From contig CM060732.1 of the NCBI GenBank assembly GCA_030704615.1, positions 61,318,001 to 61,382,000 on the forward strand: 64,000 nucleotides of DNA, in the 5' to 3' direction. Position 1 is the first letter of the stretch. Each line of letters begins with the position of its first letter. Position numbers and translations under genes: made by a program. Positions 61,673 through 64,000 of the stretch are shown here, in pieces. The stretch comes from Takakia lepidozioides (taxonomy: Eukaryota; Plantae; Bryophyta). Under the pieces are notes generated by a model, which worked only from the letters and a program-made list of their open reading frames with translations, searched no databases and was not told where the DNA came from.

Positions 61673-64000
61673 GCACAATCCTAGGGGTTAATAGCAACAT
61701 TCCATTTTCAGTTTAAAAAATGTGGACAAAGACGTGCAATGGCGTGAAGAGCAAGACTAAAATACAAAAGGGGAAGCGGTTTTCTTCTGTTTTATATATC
61801 TTTATTATTATCTCTTCTATCAGAGCTTAGAGTTGAGTACGCGAGCATCTCATAATTACCACAATTGGAGTTCAGCATAAGAAGATGAAACTATCATGAA
61901 TTTTCAATACCCGCTTCCAAAGATTTGAGAGCTGGATCCAAGCACCCCTTGTGTGTTTTCACCTGTATTCATGATTTCAGAAGCTGTACCTGTCAGGGTT
62001 GTTAGGAGTTTGAAGTTTTAACTCACGGATTGTAGGTGAGAGTTGTGCACTGAAACAGCTCAACAACATGTGCCTAGAAGCTACCAACTTGGATTCTCCC
62101 AAGTGGACAGCAAGTCCGGCATGGCTCTATCTTCCAAATGGAACCTGCAAATCAGCTGATTGTGAGCTCACACGGTAAGTAAGCTTTCATATGATGTATT
62201 AACAGTGCAGACCCGTGGATGCAGGCTCAGTCAAAACTGCAGGAGCAGAGGTGCCATTTGGAAAGATCTTGGAATGCTCTAGAAGAAGATTGCTACTTGG
62301 TACCAACGTTGGACCCACATTCTTGTACACGTGATTTGTGGAAAGGTTACAGAACTGACTGATTCTCCGGTGCATTGCTGATGTATGAGTTGGGTGGTGG
62401 GTTGAGTTAGCAAGGGTAGCCATGGACACCATTTGTTATTTCCTTAGTTGTCTCACAGGAAGCTTCCAATTGTAGTCTTCTCTATTTTGTATACATTTGG
62501 TAACTCTTCATTGTTGACTTGAAGAGTATACACCATGGCTGCCTAGCCATCTTCAAAGGACACCAACCCACCTTTCATTTTGTAATGTTTGACTTTTCAA
62601 GAAGCATTTCGTTTTATCAGATGACCTTTTTTTATGGGGAGAATTAAAATATGGATCATCTCTTCAGTGGATTAAACTATCTTGTTAGAGCCTTCTATAA
62701 TAATTGCAAAGTGAGAGGAACTCCTGCTGAAGCCAACATGAATAAGAGCTCTTCTCTATTTGGGCATTGCCCATTCTGATGGGCAAGTTCGTTGTGATAT
62801 TTGAGACATGCATACACACCCCTTCTGTACTTGGCACCTTTCCTACTAAATTTCTTACTAAAATTCTAGGTCTGCAGATATAAGCAACTGTAGAATAGTG
62901 TCTCTTCACTCACAACACTTGTCCAGATCAGAGTCCCCTTATCCCACTGTAGAAACATACATAACAGCACACTGTTCATTCAGTCAAATAAAAAACACAT
63001 GAGAGTCAACTGATCCCCTGATTTTTTATACACCAAGAGAGGTTCCCGTTGTGGAAAACAACCACACCCAATGTGAGAGAGGAATTGGCTCCATAAAGCC
63101 TCAACCATCACCTACATTATATGCAACCAACCACCCACTAAAAATACCCAATGAGGACAGATTGAGAGTCCAGGTCAAACTACCTAGGATTCCAGATCAC
63201 ATGGCTTCCTTGAAAAGAAAAGCTACAACTCCGGCTATGCCCGTGTTAAAGAAGAGACGCACTTACCGGGTAAACTCTACCAATATGTTCAGGTTTGGAA
63301 GAAACTGTCAAGAGAAGAACTTCATGTAACTGCAGGATGCAAATGAGGAACCACAGATGTCCTACACGTGTGCTCAACAAAACAGCAAGAGCAATGTGGA
63401 CATCCCACAAGTGTGTGTATAATGTAAGGGACACAAGCAGCAATAGCTAAAGAGGGATTCCATGTGTATGTGTGACAGACAGCAAGAGCCTAGCGGCCAA
63501 GTTGGGACAGAGAAACAAGAGTATTGTGGCATGCGCCACACAGACTTCTCAACAAGATTTGAAAATAGCCGAGGGAGAGAGCTGCTGCAGCAGCAAGTCG
63601 TATCTGAATTTTACAGAAAATTATCTGGACCCCATGGTCCTGAGTGCAAAATATTTTACACAGCTGATCTCACCTATTCCCAACAACCCTCGGACAGTCA
63701 ACATCCATGTTGGGTTGGCATGACGGACAACCTTTGAACACTGACCTTTGAAAAGGACAGTGCTCTTCCTATGAAATCAAAAGTGGTCCATCTCTGGGCC
63801 ATGGTATAGCTTTTAATGGTTGTTTGTTCTGACCACACGCATACAGGCTAAAATGCTTAGCAATTAATAAGCTTCAGTGTTTATTTGTCAATACCAACAG
63901 AATACATGGTAATGCATGGACCTAAATGAAACTTTCAGAAAGCTGTGTGTTGAAGAGGGTTCTAAAGCACAGGTTACTCATGTATAATGTGTGAAGGAGA

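Noticed and set aside
62030-63740. Exon-like segments and short ORFs near the window end
   Set aside because: Could not be joined into a consistent frame or matched to a family I recognise.

Overview
Eukaryotic nuclear DNA, most likely from a non-seed land plant (inferred from the PLS-class PPR editing factor, an intron-containing CP12 and the gene content; the species cannot be identified). The left 36 kb is gene-dense. It holds a PLS-E/E+ PPR gene (-) cut by a stop codon in its E+ domain, a 13-exon ENO3/ENOc-type enolase (+), a plant kinase-like gene (+), CP12 (-), and a 13-exon DNAJC11/DnaJ13-like gene (+) divergent from CP12. The right 28 kb is mostly decayed mobile DNA: a hAT-type MITE, tRNA-derived SINE heads, a Copia relic, a MULE-SWIM transposase with a convergent Ulp1 protease, a GGTCTG-rich element, and a 136-bp minisatellite built from PPR coding sequence, plus one small intact gene. 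The most striking system is a non-LTR retrotransposon family with about 12 copies. All copies I found are intronic, lack a poly(A) tail, end in or beside (CT)n/(AG)n tracts, stack head-to-tail and range from 44 bp to 2.4 kb; several have 10-14 bp target-site duplications (TSDs), and the 3'-UTR hairpin keeps its pairing across copies. This coincides with an unusual intron polarity: C/T-rich tracts just after the donors and TGG-rich, pyrimidine-poor acceptors. Exon boundaries were read by eye from frame continuity and recalled homology; no searches were run.
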